This document shows positions 19,150 to 30,094 of a stretch of 64,000 nt of DNA, piece by piece. Source of the DNA: Candidatus Hydrogenedentota bacterium (GTDB lineage Bacteria > Hydrogenedentota > Hydrogenedentia > Hydrogenedentales > SLHB01); assembly GCA_963674865.2 (NCBI GenBank), contig CAXXYE010000007.1:320001-384000 (forward strand), given 5' to 3'. Each line of letters begins with the position of its first letter. The first letter of the stretch is position 1. The position numbers were made by a program, and so were the translations under genes. The notes under the pieces are model-generated. The model did no database searches. It was not told where the DNA came from and saw only the letters and a program-made list of their open reading frames with translations.

Positions 19150-21990
19150 TTACCAAGTGACCTGCCAGAAATCCGCGATGCCGCTACTGTCCTCGTCGCT
19201 GGCCAGTGCGTGAACTTCACCTGCCGAGAGCGCGCGATCGAAGATCACCGCTTCATCGAATCGGCCGACGATACGGCTGCTCCAGCCCTGCGTGAAGTTG
19301 TGGCGCCCGAAATACAGCGGCTCGGCGTCGGGAACATCCACCGTCCAACTGACTCCTGAATCGTGCTGCTTGCATGCAAGCAAGTTGCCGCTGCTGTCAT
19401 GGAGATAGAAGACCGAGTAGCCGTCCTGGAACACGCCAGTGAGGTGATACCAACGGTTCTGCGGCGCGCCATCATATTGTGCGCCCGTCCAAAGGCCCCC
19501 GCCGTTAACGCCGTCCGGATTGCGGCTGAACGTGGCGTACAATTCGTTGCCCCCGCCTTCGACGAGGCCGTACCAATCCTGGGTGCCCCAGAAATCATCT
19601 TTTCCGCGTCCCATGATCAACTCGCTGCCGATGGGGTGGGTGTTCTCCGGATAGAACCAGCACGAGATGGTCATCTCGTTGAGGTTATCCAGTAGCGGCG
19701 ACGGGGCGACCTCCATGTAGGTGTTGTCAACGCGATAGGCTCCGCCCATGCGTCCTGGTGCTGATGCGCCCCCTACGGCGTCTAGTCCGTTGCCGCTGTA
19801 GTCCCTTGTGTCGGTGTCAAACGGCCAGTATGCAATACACCCAACAGACGCGAAATCGTATCCCGCGTACCAAGGCTCGCCATAGTCGTACTCCCAGAAG
19901 TCCGCGATGCCGCTACTGTCCTCGTCGCTGGCCAGTGCGTGAACTTCACCTGCCGAGAGCGCGCGATCGAAGATCACCGCTTCATCGAATCGGCCGACGA
20001 TACGGCTGCTCCAGCCCTGCGTGAAGTTGTGGCGCCCGAAATACAGCGGCTCGGCGTCGGGAACATCCACCGTCCAACTGGCTCCTGAATCGTGCTGCTT
20101 GCATGCAAGCAAGTTGCCGCTGCTGTCATGGAGATAGAAGACCGAGTAGCCGTCCTGGAACACGCCAGTGAGGTGATACCAACGGTTCTGCGGCGCGCCA
20201 TCATATTGTGCGCCCGTCCAAAGGCCCCCGCCGTTAACGCCGTCCGGATTGCGGCTGAACGTGGCGTACAATTCGTTGCCCCCGCCTTCGACGAGGCCGT
20301 ACCAATCCTGGGTGCCCCAGAAATCATCTTTTCCGCGTCCCATGATCAACTCGCTGCCGATTGGGTGGGTGTTCTCCGGATAGAACCAGCACGAGATGGT
20401 CATCTCGTTGAGGTTATCCAGTAGCGGCGACGGGGCGACCTCCATGTAGGTGTTGTCAACGCGATAGGCTCCGCCCATGCGTCCTGGTGCTGATGCGCCC
20501 CCTACGGCGTCTAGTCCGTTGCCGCTGTAGTCCCTTGTGTCGGTGTCAAACGGCCAGTATGCAATACACCCAACTGACGCGAAATCGTATCCCGCGTACC
20601 AATCATTCTCTGCGGACCCCAACGAAATGACCAGGTCGACGGTGTCCCCACAGTGCGTAGTCACGCCTCCTGCCGGGCTCTGACGGATGACACGCCCTTC
20701 CGTCACGCTTTCGCTATGCTCCATCGAAACCGTTCCAACCATAAGATGATTTGACTCAACGGTTTCTTCGGCATCCGCTTGAGGCATACTCACCACATTC
20801 GGGACTACCACGCTATCCAGCGCGAAATGGGCTGACACGACCATATCCTCGTTGAGGAGAATGCTCCTGGGGTTGGCCGTTCCCGTCAAAGCGCCCGACC
20901 AGTTCGAGAACACTGTGTCGGCGTCTCCCGGAATAGCGGCCAACGTCACCACCGTGCCCACTTCGTAGCCGTTTGGACCAGGCCATGGATACGGCACAAC
21001 GTTGCCGTTCCCGCTGACGTTCACCGTCAGTTGACAAAAGGCAGGTTCATCTTGCCCTAAGGAAATAGCCAAATCGACGCTGCTCCCCCTTCCGACGTAC
21101 AAGCCCGCATTCGGATCCTGAGTGACTACCTGGCCCTGGGGAATCGTATTGCTATACACCTGCGAGACCCTGCCGACGCACAGGTAGGCCGATTCGATAG
21201 CAGAACGTGCCGCTCCTTCAGTCATGCCAACCACGTTTGGGATTGTCACGCCGTCCAGCGCGAAATGGGCTGACACGATCATATCCTCGTTGAGGAGAAT
21301 GCTCCTGGGATTGGCCGTTCCCGTTAGGGCGCCCGACCAGTGTGAGAAGACTGTGTTGGCATCGCCCGGAATAGCCGTCAAGGTCACTAGCGTCCCCACC
21401 TCATAGCCGTCTTGACCAGGCCCCGGGTATTGCACAACATCGCCATTCCCGCTGGTACTGATCGTCAGTTGACAGTATGCAGGCTCATTTTGGCCTTGGG
21501 CGACAACCAAGTTGACGCTGCTGCCTTCCTGAACAGAAAGGCCTGCAGTGGGATTCTGAGCGACCACATGCCCCTCAGGGACCGCACCGCTGTAAGCGTA
21601 AGAGACCGTGCCGACATGTAGGCCGGCCAATTCAATCGCTGACCGCGCTGCTTCTTGAGCCATGCTCGCGACCGACGGGACCTCCACCAAATGTGATTGT
21701 CCTGTCCCAGTTGACACGATGAGATTCACGGAAGTACCCATCTGAACGAGGACTCCCGCAGCCGGGCTTTGCAGGACGACATGTCCCTTTGGCACGGAGT
21801 CGTTCGGGCTCTGAGTGACGGCCCCCACGGAAAGACCGGCTGATTGAATCGTCGCTTCCGCAGACGAGTGGTCCATGCTTGTTACGTTCGGAACGCTTAC
21901 GACGGACCCGGTCGGACACCCTAAGAGCGCAGTCAGCGCGGCCAGAACAAGAGATGAGGCAGCAATTCGAGCAAGGCGTGTGCAGAACAT
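19150..21990 (-). CDS. Surface lipoprotein: 4 PASTA, 2 InlB-B-like repeats, 2 LamG/ConA-like domains
   Basis: LTALLGC lipobox; VPNV..GxVxxQxPxAG..VxLxxS repeats; GTxVTLxAxP..FSxWSG; AYWPFD..WYHL..GRFDEAVIFDRALSAGEV. Confidence 0.88.
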   Translation of the reverse strand: MFCTRLARIAASSLVLAALTALLGCPTGSVVSVPNVTSMDHSSAEATIQSAGLSVGAVTQSPNDSVPKGHVVLQSPAAGVLVQMGTSVNLIVSTGTGQSHLVEVPSVASMAQEAARSAIELAGLHVGTVSYAYSGAVPEGHVVAQNPTAGLSVQEGSSVNLVVAQGQNEPAYCQLTISTSGNGDVVQYPGPGQDGYEVGTLVTLTAIPGDANTVFSHWSGALTGTANPRSILLNEDMIVSAHFALDGVTIPNVVGMTEGAARSAIESAYLCVGRVSQVYSNTIPQGQVVTQDPNAGLYVGRGSSVDLAISLGQDEPAFCQLTVNVSGNGNVVPYPWPGPNGYEVGTVVTLAAIPGDADTVFSNWSGALTGTANPRSILLNEDMVVSAHFALDSVVVPNVVSMPQADAEETVESNHLMVGTVSMEHSESVTEGRVIRQSPAGGVTTHCGDTVDLVISLGSAENDWYAGYDFASVGCIAYWPFDTDTRDYSGNGLDAVGGASAPGRMGGAYRVDNTYMEVAPSPLLDNLNEMTISCWFYPENTHPIGSELIMGRGKDDFWGTQDWYGLVEGGGNELYATFSRNPDGVNGGGLWTGAQYDGAPQNRWYHLTGVFQDGYSVFYLHDSSGNLLACKQHDSGASWTVDVPDAEPLYFGRHNFTQGWSSRIVGRFDEAVIFDRALSAGEVHALASDEDSSGIADFWEYDYGEPWYAGYDFASVGCIAYWPFDTDTRDYSGNGLDAVGGASAPGRMGGAYRVDNTYMEVAPSPLLDNLNEMTISCWFYPENTHPIGSELIMGRGKDDFWGTQDWYGLVEGGGNELYATFSRNPDGVNGGGLWTGAQYDGAPQNRWYHLTGVFQDGYSVFYLHDSSGNLLACKQHDSGVSWTVDVPDAEPLYFGRHNFTQGWSSRIVGRFDEAVIFDRALSAGEVHALASDEDSSGIADFWQVTW
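19165..20602. repeat. Intragenic tandem duplication (period 729 bp; ~709-bp near-identical copies)
   Basis: 19165-19873 vs 19894-20602 differ at only about 4 positions by eye. Confidence 0.92.
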
Positions 21991-22058
21991 AGCGTTTCCC
22001 TCCTTACGCAATGGCTTCGGTTCGCGGATAGAGAAGCGCAAACCGCGTGCCAAGCTTC

Positions 22059-22078
22059 ATGTGACTAACGCGTCACAT
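22059..22078. promoter_or_regulatory. Possible operator (7-bp inverted repeat, 6-bp spacer)
   Basis: ATGTGAC-taacgc-GTCACAT about 70 bp upstream of the PASTA/LamG gene. Confidence 0.3.
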
Positions 22079-22160
22079 CGGAAGGTTTGTACACGTAGTA
22101 ATAGGAAGAAGGAGCTGATCGTTGAACCGAAAGGAGAGACTCCTACGATGCGAAATGAAG

Positions 22161-23345
22161 CTACTGAAGCTTACTGAGTGATGCGCGGGCCTTTAGGCTC
22201 CCAACAATGGAAGGGCCTTTGTGAACCTTCTCGGCCCATAGCGCATCAGATAGAGGACGTCTAATCCACTGACCGTGGCGTATGCTTCTCACCTTCAAGG
22301 ACACATCGTCTAGATAGATGAGGTCGCCCGACTGCACCTTTTCGGCCGTCCCGATCTCGAGGGCGTGTTCGTTCAGCCGTGTCGTAGGGGGATCGCACGG
22401 GTCTTGAACGGACCATTGCCCTTGCTTGTCTAGGCAAAGCGTGCATTGTCCCCTTGAGGAGGCCGAACTTAGGATAATGATTGATAGGAATCGGCTCTTG
22501 ATTTCCTCCTCAGGGGACTGACGACACGCCCCGGAACCTACTATCCAGAACTCCCCGCGGTTGAACGCTTCGGAGTAAGACGCGAAGAACAACAAAAGGG
22601 CCTCGTGCGTGCCGTCTATCGAAAGGTCCGCCAGCAGCCAGGATACGTTCTCGACCTCAGTGTAGGTGCGCCCCAAGTCCATGGGGGACATGACCAGAAC
22701 CGCGTCATCTGGCACCTCGTTAGGAAGAAAGATATGCTCCTTCCTAAACCACTGTTCCGCCACAAGGTACTTGGAGGCCATGGCCTTCACTCCGCATTGC
22801 TCTTTGAGTTCATGAATCGACTCTAAGACGTGCTGCAATAGACTTTCGGCGGCGGCCAAGGCCGGTGAGCGTCCGCTGTCAGCATGCCGGACCCGCACGC
22901 GCACCAGTTCCCAGTTCTCGAAGATGCATTCTACTTCAACCTTGGCGCTGATACGGCAGCGGTACGTCGTGGTTTGGAATTCGCTGCAATACGTTTTGTC
23001 CCCGTAGCCGAGTTCATGGCTGTCCGGGCGGGACTGTAAGTCCTCCTCTAGTGGGTCCAGTATGCTTCGGATGAAACTGAGGCGAGGAATGATCCGGTCA
23101 AACAACGCACCGATTGGGCCGCTCCATGAGGATTCCGTCTTGTAGCCGGGTTCCCGTTTGTATACCGTGGCCTTGCGGTAGGTCACAGGAAACGCTTGCC
23201 CAGTCGGTGCGCAAACAAGCTGATAGCCGCCCGCGCCATCGTGCCGCAAGACGAAGGCCTTCCCCTCGGCGCGCGTGGGGTGGTCGCCTGCGCTCGGCAT
23301 GTCCTGCGGTTCGCGATACATCTTTCCCAGTTTCCCTTCCACCAC
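22161..23345 (-). CDS. Protein with C-terminal degenerate FHA domain (start uncertain)
   Basis: WIVGSG..SASSRGQCTL..WSVQD..TRLNE..VQSGDLIYL. Confidence 0.65.
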   Translation of the reverse strand: MVEGKLGKMYREPQDMPSAGDHPTRAEGKAFVLRHDGAGGYQLVCAPTGQAFPVTYRKATVYKREPGYKTESSWSGPIGALFDRIIPRLSFIRSILDPLEEDLQSRPDSHELGYGDKTYCSEFQTTTYRCRISAKVEVECIFENWELVRVRVRHADSGRSPALAAAESLLQHVLESIHELKEQCGVKAMASKYLVAEQWFRKEHIFLPNEVPDDAVLVMSPMDLGRTYTEVENVSWLLADLSIDGTHEALLLFFASYSEAFNRGEFWIVGSGACRQSPEEEIKSRFLSIIILSSASSRGQCTLCLDKQGQWSVQDPCDPPTTRLNEHALEIGTAEKVQSGDLIYLDDVSLKVRSIRHGQWIRRPLSDALWAEKVHKGPSIVGSLKARASLSKLQ

Positions 23346-23436
23346 TGGCCGGTTAGATTAGCAGAGGCTCAGCAAGCGGGCCAAATGTCGGCGCGTTCTT
23401 GCCGCGATGACCCCAATCTGAGGCCTTCCATCCGGC

Positions 23437-24411
23437 TCACGCCGCTTCAAGGATATCCTGCACATGTTCTCTGCGGATGCGGCCGGTGTGGCCTTTGTAC
23501 GTTACGAGGTAGTAGTCATCGGCGTCCACGACAACTTCCGCGGGCTGGGTCAAACCGTTAGCGAAGCGGATGGTGTAGTACCGTCCCTTCGTCGTCGGCA
23601 ACGCGGGCGCTTCGGGCCGTTTGCCGGCGGCCAACTGGATGACCGTGGCTCCTTGCGTCGTGTACTGTCCGGCAAACCGCTGCACGCGGCGCACGTACTC
23701 CTGTGTCTCCTTGAACGGCGGGACGCCGCCGTACCGCTTCACGTTGCCGGGCCCGGCGTTATAAGCCGCGAGGGCGAGGGTCAGGTCGCCATCAAAGAGT
23801 TCGAGCATTCTCGCGAGGTACTGCGTTCCTCCGGCGACGTTCTGCTCGGGGTCGAAGATGTCGGACACGCCCATATCCGCCGCCGTGCCCGGCATAAGTT
23901 GCATCAGCCCGCGCGCGCCCGCAGGGGAGACGGCGTTCGGGTTGAAATTGCTCTCGGCCTTGATCACGGCGAGCACGATGTTCGGCTCGACGCCGTACAT
24001 CCTCGAATAGCGTCGGGCCAGGTCGTCGATGCCCGGCACGTCTTCCGGCTCGAGGGAGGTGATGTAGGGCGGTTTCGACGGCACGCGGATGGTCTCGTAG
24101 GCAATATTGATTCCCTCGTAGTCCTCTTTGCGGGGATACTCCTCCGTGCGGTTGTGCAGGGCGATGATGCCCCGTTCACGCAGCCGGTCGAGAATGTTGC
24201 CACTCCCTTCCCGACGTCGCCTGAACCGCCGGAAGATGCCTCCTCTCTCTGCAGTCGCTTCGGCCCGGTCCTCTGCTGCATACACCTGCGAGTAAGGCTG
24301 TAAGAGATCTTCACTCATGGAAAAGACGAGTGCGGCGAGCATGAGCGCCGCGACAAGACGAACTCTCGGGCGCACGCCCGTGCGTGAACTCACTTTCGGC
24401 TGGTTTACCAT
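23437..24411 (-). CDS. Lytic transglycosylase (SLT domain) with N-terminal anchor
   Basis: AVIKAESNFNPNAVSPAGARGLMQLMP, LALAAYNAGPG, ETQEYV. Confidence 0.92.
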   Translation of the reverse strand: MVNQPKVSSRTGVRPRVRLVAALMLAALVFSMSEDLLQPYSQVYAAEDRAEATAERGGIFRRFRRRREGSGNILDRLRERGIIALHNRTEEYPRKEDYEGINIAYETIRVPSKPPYITSLEPEDVPGIDDLARRYSRMYGVEPNIVLAVIKAESNFNPNAVSPAGARGLMQLMPGTAADMGVSDIFDPEQNVAGGTQYLARMLELFDGDLTLALAAYNAGPGNVKRYGGVPPFKETQEYVRRVQRFAGQYTTQGATVIQLAAGKRPEAPALPTTKGRYYTIRFANGLTQPAEVVVDADDYYLVTYKGHTGRIRREHVQDILEAA

Positions 24412-24653
24412 TGCCCCTCCCCATGCTGGTCGGCATTCCAAGGGCCTGCGGGACGCAGAGCCGCGCCCATAATCTACTGTGGCAGGGCACGCTGTTCAAC
24501 AACGGCCCCATGGTTGTCCTCACCGTCTCGTCATCAGGAAGAGCAATCACAATGCCAAATCCATGTGACATGCCGGTCCCTATCGCCCTGTTCGGGCGTT
24601 GGCGAGCGACTTGCTCCTGAGTAAGTGGAAGAGACTTTGAAAGGACGGCAGAA

Positions 24654-24962
24654 ATGATGCCTGTGCAGATGACGGAAGCCCGGTGCGAATGGTGCGCACG
24701 CACCTGCCGCGAAACGCATCTCTGGCGTTTGCCCCATCTCACACCGAACGGGAGCAGGTTCGAGACCGTGCTTGTCTGTCCCTCCTGCGCCTTCGACGCG
24801 TGCGAGACCTGGCAGGACGAGATGACCGCCCTCAATAGCCAGGCCGTCCTCGAAGCCTGGAACCTCTGGACGCAGGAAAAGAGCGTACCCTTTCTCAAAG
24901 CCGACGACGGCCGCGATCTCCGCACCGCCCTCCGCCTCGTCGTCATGGCGGGCGGAGTGTAA
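24654..24962 (+). CDS. Small hypothetical protein with CxxC pairs
   Basis: CEWC..C and CPSC..C; fills an intergenic gap. Confidence 0.45.
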   Translation: MMPVQMTEARCEWCARTCRETHLWRLPHLTPNGSRFETVLVCPSCAFDACETWQDEMTALNSQAVLEAWNLWTQEKSVPFLKADDGRDLRTALRLVVMAGGV

Positions 24963-25017
24963 GGCCCTGTTTGACCGGCGGAGACACGCGCCTGCCGGAG
25001 AGCTAACGCCTCTCAGC

Positions 25018-28000
25018 TCAATTGTTCACAAACCTCCGCAGTCTCTCTAACTTGTATAAACGAATGCGTTCGTCAACAGGCATCTCCCTATTTCCCGGCA
25101 GCTGTTCCTCATTCCAGGGAAACGAGGGCAAAATGGCCACCTTCTTCGAGTCGCTCAAGACAAGATGTCTACCGTCTGGACTGAAGCACGAGTTTCCGAG
25201 GGGAAAGTCAGGTTGGGCAAACTGCATAACTTCCCGGCCGGTCGCCACATCCCACAGCTTTGCCGTCATGGCGTATGCACCTGCCGTAACCAGGCGACTG
25301 CCGTCTGAGCTGAAGTTCAGGGACGCCACGGAGCGTGTCGAATGCGCCTTCGCACTCCACATTTGCCGTCCTGAAGAGACTTCCCAAGCCGCCACGCCCC
25401 CGTCGGTGCCTCCCACTGCGATTACGTCGCTTGTCGGGCTCAAGGCTGCACCTCCAATGTCCTCCCCCTCGATAGAATAGGAACCTTGTTGATGACCGGT
25501 ATCGCGGTCCCAGAGTAGCACACCTTCTTCCCGACGCCCCACGGCCATGTACTTTCCGTTGGGACTGAAAGCGACGCAGGTGACATCCCCTTCTCCTCCT
25601 AACGAGCGAAGGAATTCCCCTGTCTTGGCATTCAGGAGAACGCTCTTCCCCGCGTCGCCGACCACGCCCACCTGCCCACCGTCGGGGCTGAACACCGTCG
25701 TGCATTTGTCTGGCCTGCTCAGTTCGAGTGTGGGGCCTTGGAACATCCACTGCTCTATACCTGTGGACAGATCCCTGAGCCTGACCGCGCCATCCCCATC
25801 GACTGTGGCCAGGCTCCTGCCATCCGGACTTATCGACAAGCCATCTATGGTTGCTCCTTCGGCGGTGAGTGTTCTCACGCGGCGTCCGGAGCCCACATCC
25901 AAGATGCTTATCTGTCCCGTCTGCAAAGCAATCAGATGGTCGCCATCGGGCGTGAAGACGACCGAAGAGGAGATCACGGGGCATTCAGTGGCACCGACTC
26001 TTTGCTGCTGCCCAGCCAGGTCCCAGATCTTGGCTGTGCCCTCATTGCTGGCCGTGGCCAATCGAGTACCATCTGGGCTGACGGCGACGGCGTGAACCGT
26101 CCCCGAATGAACAAGTGTTCGTAAAACACTGCCAGTGTCGATATCCCACAGGTCCACGTGGCCGCCCTTGCCACCGGTCAGCAAGTGTTGGCCATCCGGC
26201 GTGAAACACACTATCTTCAGCCCACCTTGCATCTGAAGTCTTCGCACCTCTGTCTCTTGGGCCACGTCCCAGAACACCACGTGAGTATTATCGTTATCAA
26301 TAAAGGCCAGCAATTCGCCGTTTGGGCTGAAACCCATGCGGGCTTGCCCCGGGAATCGCGAGATAAGACTGCCCGTCGAAACGTCCCAGACACGCACAAC
26401 CAAGTCTTCGGCACTCGCCGTTGCCAACGTCCGGCCGTCTGGGCTCAACGCAAGGGAACTGACGTGTTCAGCCTCGGGGGTGAACGACATAGTCTCCTTG
26501 GCAGTGTCAATGTCCCAGAGCCTGGTCGTTCCATCCCAGCTCGATGTAACCAAGCGTTTGCCATCTGGCAGAAAAGCTAGGTCATTGGCGCCCCCAGTAC
26601 CATCCCCAAGTCTCTGGACCACGGTGTCCGTCTCCACATCCCACACCACCGCACAGACTTGGGAGCTGTCGCCGCCAATGGCCACGAACCGCCCCAATGG
26701 ACTGAAAGCCACGCATTTGAGCTTGCCAAAATCTTCTGAGCCCCATGTTCCAACCGAATTTCCCATTGCTACGTCCCAGACGATCGCTGTCCCGTCTACA
26801 CTTGCCGTTGCCAGCAGTTTGCCGCCCGGACTAAAGGCGACGTCATAGATGTTTTCTGAGTGACCACACAAGGTGACCAGGTCAAGGTTACTGAGATGTT
26901 GGAGATAGCCCCACTCCCAATTGCGGTGCTCTTCTGGGGCCGAAGCAAGAATCGTCCGAGCCTGCATAGCACGGCAACTATCCAGGGAGCCTTTCGCGGC
27001 GGCAATCGAGGCGTAGTAGAACTCCCGCTTGGCCTGCTCACTTGCGGCGACGACGCGTCGATTCTCTTGTAGCAGCCGCACGTAAGAGAAGGCGCTTACA
27101 GCGAGAAGCACGACCACCGCTGCCGCGGCTGTGAGCATGACCGCCCTGTGCCTACCGACAAACCGCCGGAGGTGTTCCGAGAACTTGTATTCATACGTCT
27201 GCACGAGTCGGCCGGATTGGAACCGCTCGATCTCCTCGGCCAGTTCCTTTACCGTCGGATAGCGTCCGTCGGGCTGTTTGGCCATCGCTCGTTCGGTTAC
27301 CGCCACCAACTCGCGAGGAGCCTGCGGCTCAAGGCTACCGACCGGCTCGGGCTCTTTCTCCAGCACGTGATAGCGAATCTGAAGGGGATTCTCTCCCTCA
27401 AAGGGCGCCCTGCCCGCGAGAAGTTGATATAGAATCGCGCCCAGTGAATACACGTCTGAACGCTCATCGATGGCGTCCGCCTCGCCGCGTGCCTGCTCAG
27501 GCGGCATGTATGCCGGCGTGCCAATGACCTGTCCCACCGCGGTAACACCGGCGTCGGTCCCTTGGACGAGCCCCATCTCCTGGAGCCGCTTCATCATCTC
27601 CTTCTCGTGCACGTCCTCCTGCGCACGGACCTTCGCCAGCCCCCAGTCCAGCACGACAGTCTCGCCGAACTCGCCCACCATCACGTTCACCGGTTTCAGG
27701 TCACGATGAATCACCCCCCGGTTGTGGGCATACGCCACGGCTTGGCAGAGGTCCATGAAATGCGGGAGGAGTTTCAGCCGCTCCCGCAAAGTCCCCGCGT
27801 CCTTAATGGCTTTCTCGAGCGTCCGGCCACGGACAAGCTTCATCGTGTAGTAGGGGCGCCCGTCCTGCCGCCGCCCCAGCTCATAGACCGGCACAATCGA
27901 GGGATGCTCCAACTGTCCGGTGACCCGGGCCTCCCGGAGAAATCGCGATATTAACGCCACGGTCTTCGGCGTCGTGCCCTCCGGTGTTTCTCCGGAACCT

Positions 28001-28491
28001 GCGGCAGGGAGCAGCTCCTTGAGCGCCACGTCCCGGCCTAGATACTCGTCGTGGACAAGGAGCACCCGGCCCATACCGCCTTGGCCCTGTTTTCCCAGGT
28101 ACGCGTACCGATCCTGGCTCTCTTCAACCGTCTTCCCGACGTCAGACAGAGCGTCAGGGGGGCTGCCGGCCCCACTTGAGGATGGACGCACCTCTCCCGA
28201 AGCTGCGGCGGCAACGGAACCATGGAAGGACCTGAGCGCTTCCTGCTGTCCGCCGAAGGCCCCCAGAGCCGAGGCGTTGTCCCCTTTGAAGAACGACTCA
28301 GCCTGCTTTACCAACGCCCAGATGAGGCGACCGTCACGTTCAGAGAGCACCCCGGATTCCACAAGGCATTTCGGCAGACTGCCTGAGGAATCCTTTGCCC
28401 ATTCCCGGGCAACTTCCGTGAACCTGGCGAGGTCAACGTTGCCAAGTCTAGTTGCTAAGAGCGCAAAAAGCAGATTTCGCTCAAGATCCAC
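25018..28491 (-). CDS. Ser/Thr kinase + TM + WD40 beta-propeller protein
   Basis: GQGGMG, HRDLKPVN, DWG; TM VMLTAAAAVVVLLAVSAFSYV; many VAFSPxG..WD repeats. Confidence 0.93.
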   Translation of the reverse strand: MDLERNLLFALLATRLGNVDLARFTEVAREWAKDSSGSLPKCLVESGVLSERDGRLIWALVKQAESFFKGDNASALGAFGGQQEALRSFHGSVAAAASGEVRPSSSGAGSPPDALSDVGKTVEESQDRYAYLGKQGQGGMGRVLLVHDEYLGRDVALKELLPAAGSGETPEGTTPKTVALISRFLREARVTGQLEHPSIVPVYELGRRQDGRPYYTMKLVRGRTLEKAIKDAGTLRERLKLLPHFMDLCQAVAYAHNRGVIHRDLKPVNVMVGEFGETVVLDWGLAKVRAQEDVHEKEMMKRLQEMGLVQGTDAGVTAVGQVIGTPAYMPPEQARGEADAIDERSDVYSLGAILYQLLAGRAPFEGENPLQIRYHVLEKEPEPVGSLEPQAPRELVAVTERAMAKQPDGRYPTVKELAEEIERFQSGRLVQTYEYKFSEHLRRFVGRHRAVMLTAAAAVVVLLAVSAFSYVRLLQENRRVVAASEQAKREFYYASIAAAKGSLDSCRAMQARTILASAPEEHRNWEWGYLQHLSNLDLVTLCGHSENIYDVAFSPGGKLLATASVDGTAIVWDVAMGNSVGTWGSEDFGKLKCVAFSPLGRFVAIGGDSSQVCAVVWDVETDTVVQRLGDGTGGANDLAFLPDGKRLVTSSWDGTTRLWDIDTAKETMSFTPEAEHVSSLALSPDGRTLATASAEDLVVRVWDVSTGSLISRFPGQARMGFSPNGELLAFIDNDNTHVVFWDVAQETEVRRLQMQGGLKIVCFTPDGQHLLTGGKGGHVDLWDIDTGSVLRTLVHSGTVHAVAVSPDGTRLATASNEGTAKIWDLAGQQQRVGATECPVISSSVVFTPDGDHLIALQTGQISILDVGSGRRVRTLTAEGATIDGLSISPDGRSLATVDGDGAVRLRDLSTGIEQWMFQGPTLELSRPDKCTTVFSPDGGQVGVVGDAGKSVLLNAKTGEFLRSLGGEGDVTCVAFSPNGKYMAVGRREEGVLLWDRDTGHQQGSYSIEGEDIGGAALSPTSDVIAVGGTDGGVAAWEVSSGRQMWSAKAHSTRSVASLNFSSDGSRLVTAGAYAMTAKLWDVATGREVMQFAQPDFPLGNSCFSPDGRHLVLSDSKKVAILPSFPWNEEQLPGNREMPVDERIRLYKLERLRRFVNN

Positions 28492-28531
28492 GTCTCTTCT
28501 CCAGCTTCCCCCTCATCTCCGGCAACCCAGG

Positions 28532-29848
28532 CTACGTATACGCCGCCGAGAGTTCCGTAAGAAACTCAGCGGCCGTCGGATACCGCTCGTCGGGTCTTGA
28601 TGCCAGGGCTCGGTCAATAACACGCGTTAGTGATGGTTCCAGTTCGGGCAGACGCGAACGGGCAGGAACAAGTCGATTCTCCAGGATGGCCTGTAAGGGA
28701 TCCTGGTTGGACTTCGCTTCCCGTGGCGGGCGGCCCGTCAGCATGAAATAGAGTGTCGCTCCGAAGCTCCAAACGTCACTGGCCGGATTGACGTACTTGA
28801 AGTCCGTGAGTTGCTCACGTGGCATGAATGGGTACGTTCCAAGATACGTGCCCGTAGCGGTCAGACCACTGAAGCCGGCACCTTGGAAAGACTTCGCGAG
28901 GCCGAAGTCGCCGATCAGAGCCACGGAGCCTGCCTTCGTCTTCTTGAGGAGGATGTTCTCGGGTTTGACGTCTCGATGGACCAGCTGCCTTTCATGGGCG
29001 TACCGGAGCCCTTCCAGGGCCTGCAGCGCGACCGGCAACGCCACTTGCGTTGGCAGGCGGCCGCCACCGTCTCGGACCAGGTCGGCAACACTGCCTCCGT
29101 CGCAGTAGTCCATCTCGAACCAAAAGGCATCATCGACAGTGCCGCACGCATGACAGGCCACAATGTTCGCATGACGCAGCTTGCGCAGAATGGTCGTTTC
29201 ACGAAGAAAGCGTTCCCTGGATACGTCATCTACAGAGACTCTTGGCAGCATTAGCTTGAGGGCTACCGGCTCTTGTTGTTGGCGACGGTGGGCCAGGAAG
29301 ACGGTGCCGCAGCCCCCTTCGCCGAGTTTCCTGTCGACTTCGTAGCCTGGGATGGCTGCGGCGTAGTCTTCGGGTGTCTCGCGAGACGGCTCCTGCCCGA
29401 CACGGGGGGGAGCTTCACGCCCGCTGGGAGGACACCCCGGGGCAGCATGGCCGCGTATGGAGACGGCGAAAGCCGTTTCGCCAACTTGTATCCGGTCGCC
29501 GTCCTGAAGACTGACTTGAGGATAACGTCGCTTTGAGGCCTGTTGCGGCGTTTCTTCCTTGCCCCGGCCGCCGTATTTCTTGCCGTTGACATGGGTCCCG
29601 TTAAGACTTCCTAGGTCCCGTACGCACGCGCTCGGAGGACAGACTTCGAGGATGAAGTGATGGCGCGACACGAAGGAATCGTCTTTCAAGAAGGCGTGAC
29701 AATCGGGACTTCTCCCAAAGAGGAAGGTGTCATACTGGTGGAATACGAACCGCTCACCTGTCAACGGTCCACTGACGGCCTGCAGCTCGACGTGCCCAGA
29801 TGAAGCCGTTGCGCGATCCCCCAGACTGTCGACGCACGTCCTTTTCAT
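28532..29848 (-). CDS. FHA domain + Ser/Thr kinase (start uncertain; ORF open to 29980)
   Basis: FGRSPDC..VSRHH..DLGSLNGTHVNG (canonical FHA); GEGGCG, HRDVKPEN, DFG. Confidence 0.92.
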   Translation of the reverse strand: MKRTCVDSLGDRATASSGHVELQAVSGPLTGERFVFHQYDTFLFGRSPDCHAFLKDDSFVSRHHFILEVCPPSACVRDLGSLNGTHVNGKKYGGRGKEETPQQASKRRYPQVSLQDGDRIQVGETAFAVSIRGHAAPGCPPSGREAPPRVGQEPSRETPEDYAAAIPGYEVDRKLGEGGCGTVFLAHRRQQQEPVALKLMLPRVSVDDVSRERFLRETTILRKLRHANIVACHACGTVDDAFWFEMDYCDGGSVADLVRDGGGRLPTQVALPVALQALEGLRYAHERQLVHRDVKPENILLKKTKAGSVALIGDFGLAKSFQGAGFSGLTATGTYLGTYPFMPREQLTDFKYVNPASDVWSFGATLYFMLTGRPPREAKSNQDPLQAILENRLVPARSRLPELEPSLTRVIDRALASRPDERYPTAAEFLTELSAAYT

Positions 29849-30094
29849 TCCGCGCACGTGGCCGTTGGACGCACGTGTCGCCCGTTCTCCTGATGTATCC
29901 ACTGGGCCAGCGGGCCGACCACCGTCATCTCTAGGCGGAAGTAAGAGGTGGTGACCTCTAGAGAAGCCGTCAGCAGCCACGTCCGATTATTCCTCACTCC
30001 TTCCCGGGTACATCGCGCAGCCGCCCGACCTGAATTGGCTGTCGTAACGCTGGGCGGCTATCAAATACGGCTCGCGTTGTCTTCTTAGCAGTTT

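Noticed and set aside
22059..22078. CRP/FNR site
   Set aside because: The TGTGA..TCACA spacer is 8 nt rather than 6; kept only as a generic low-confidence operator.
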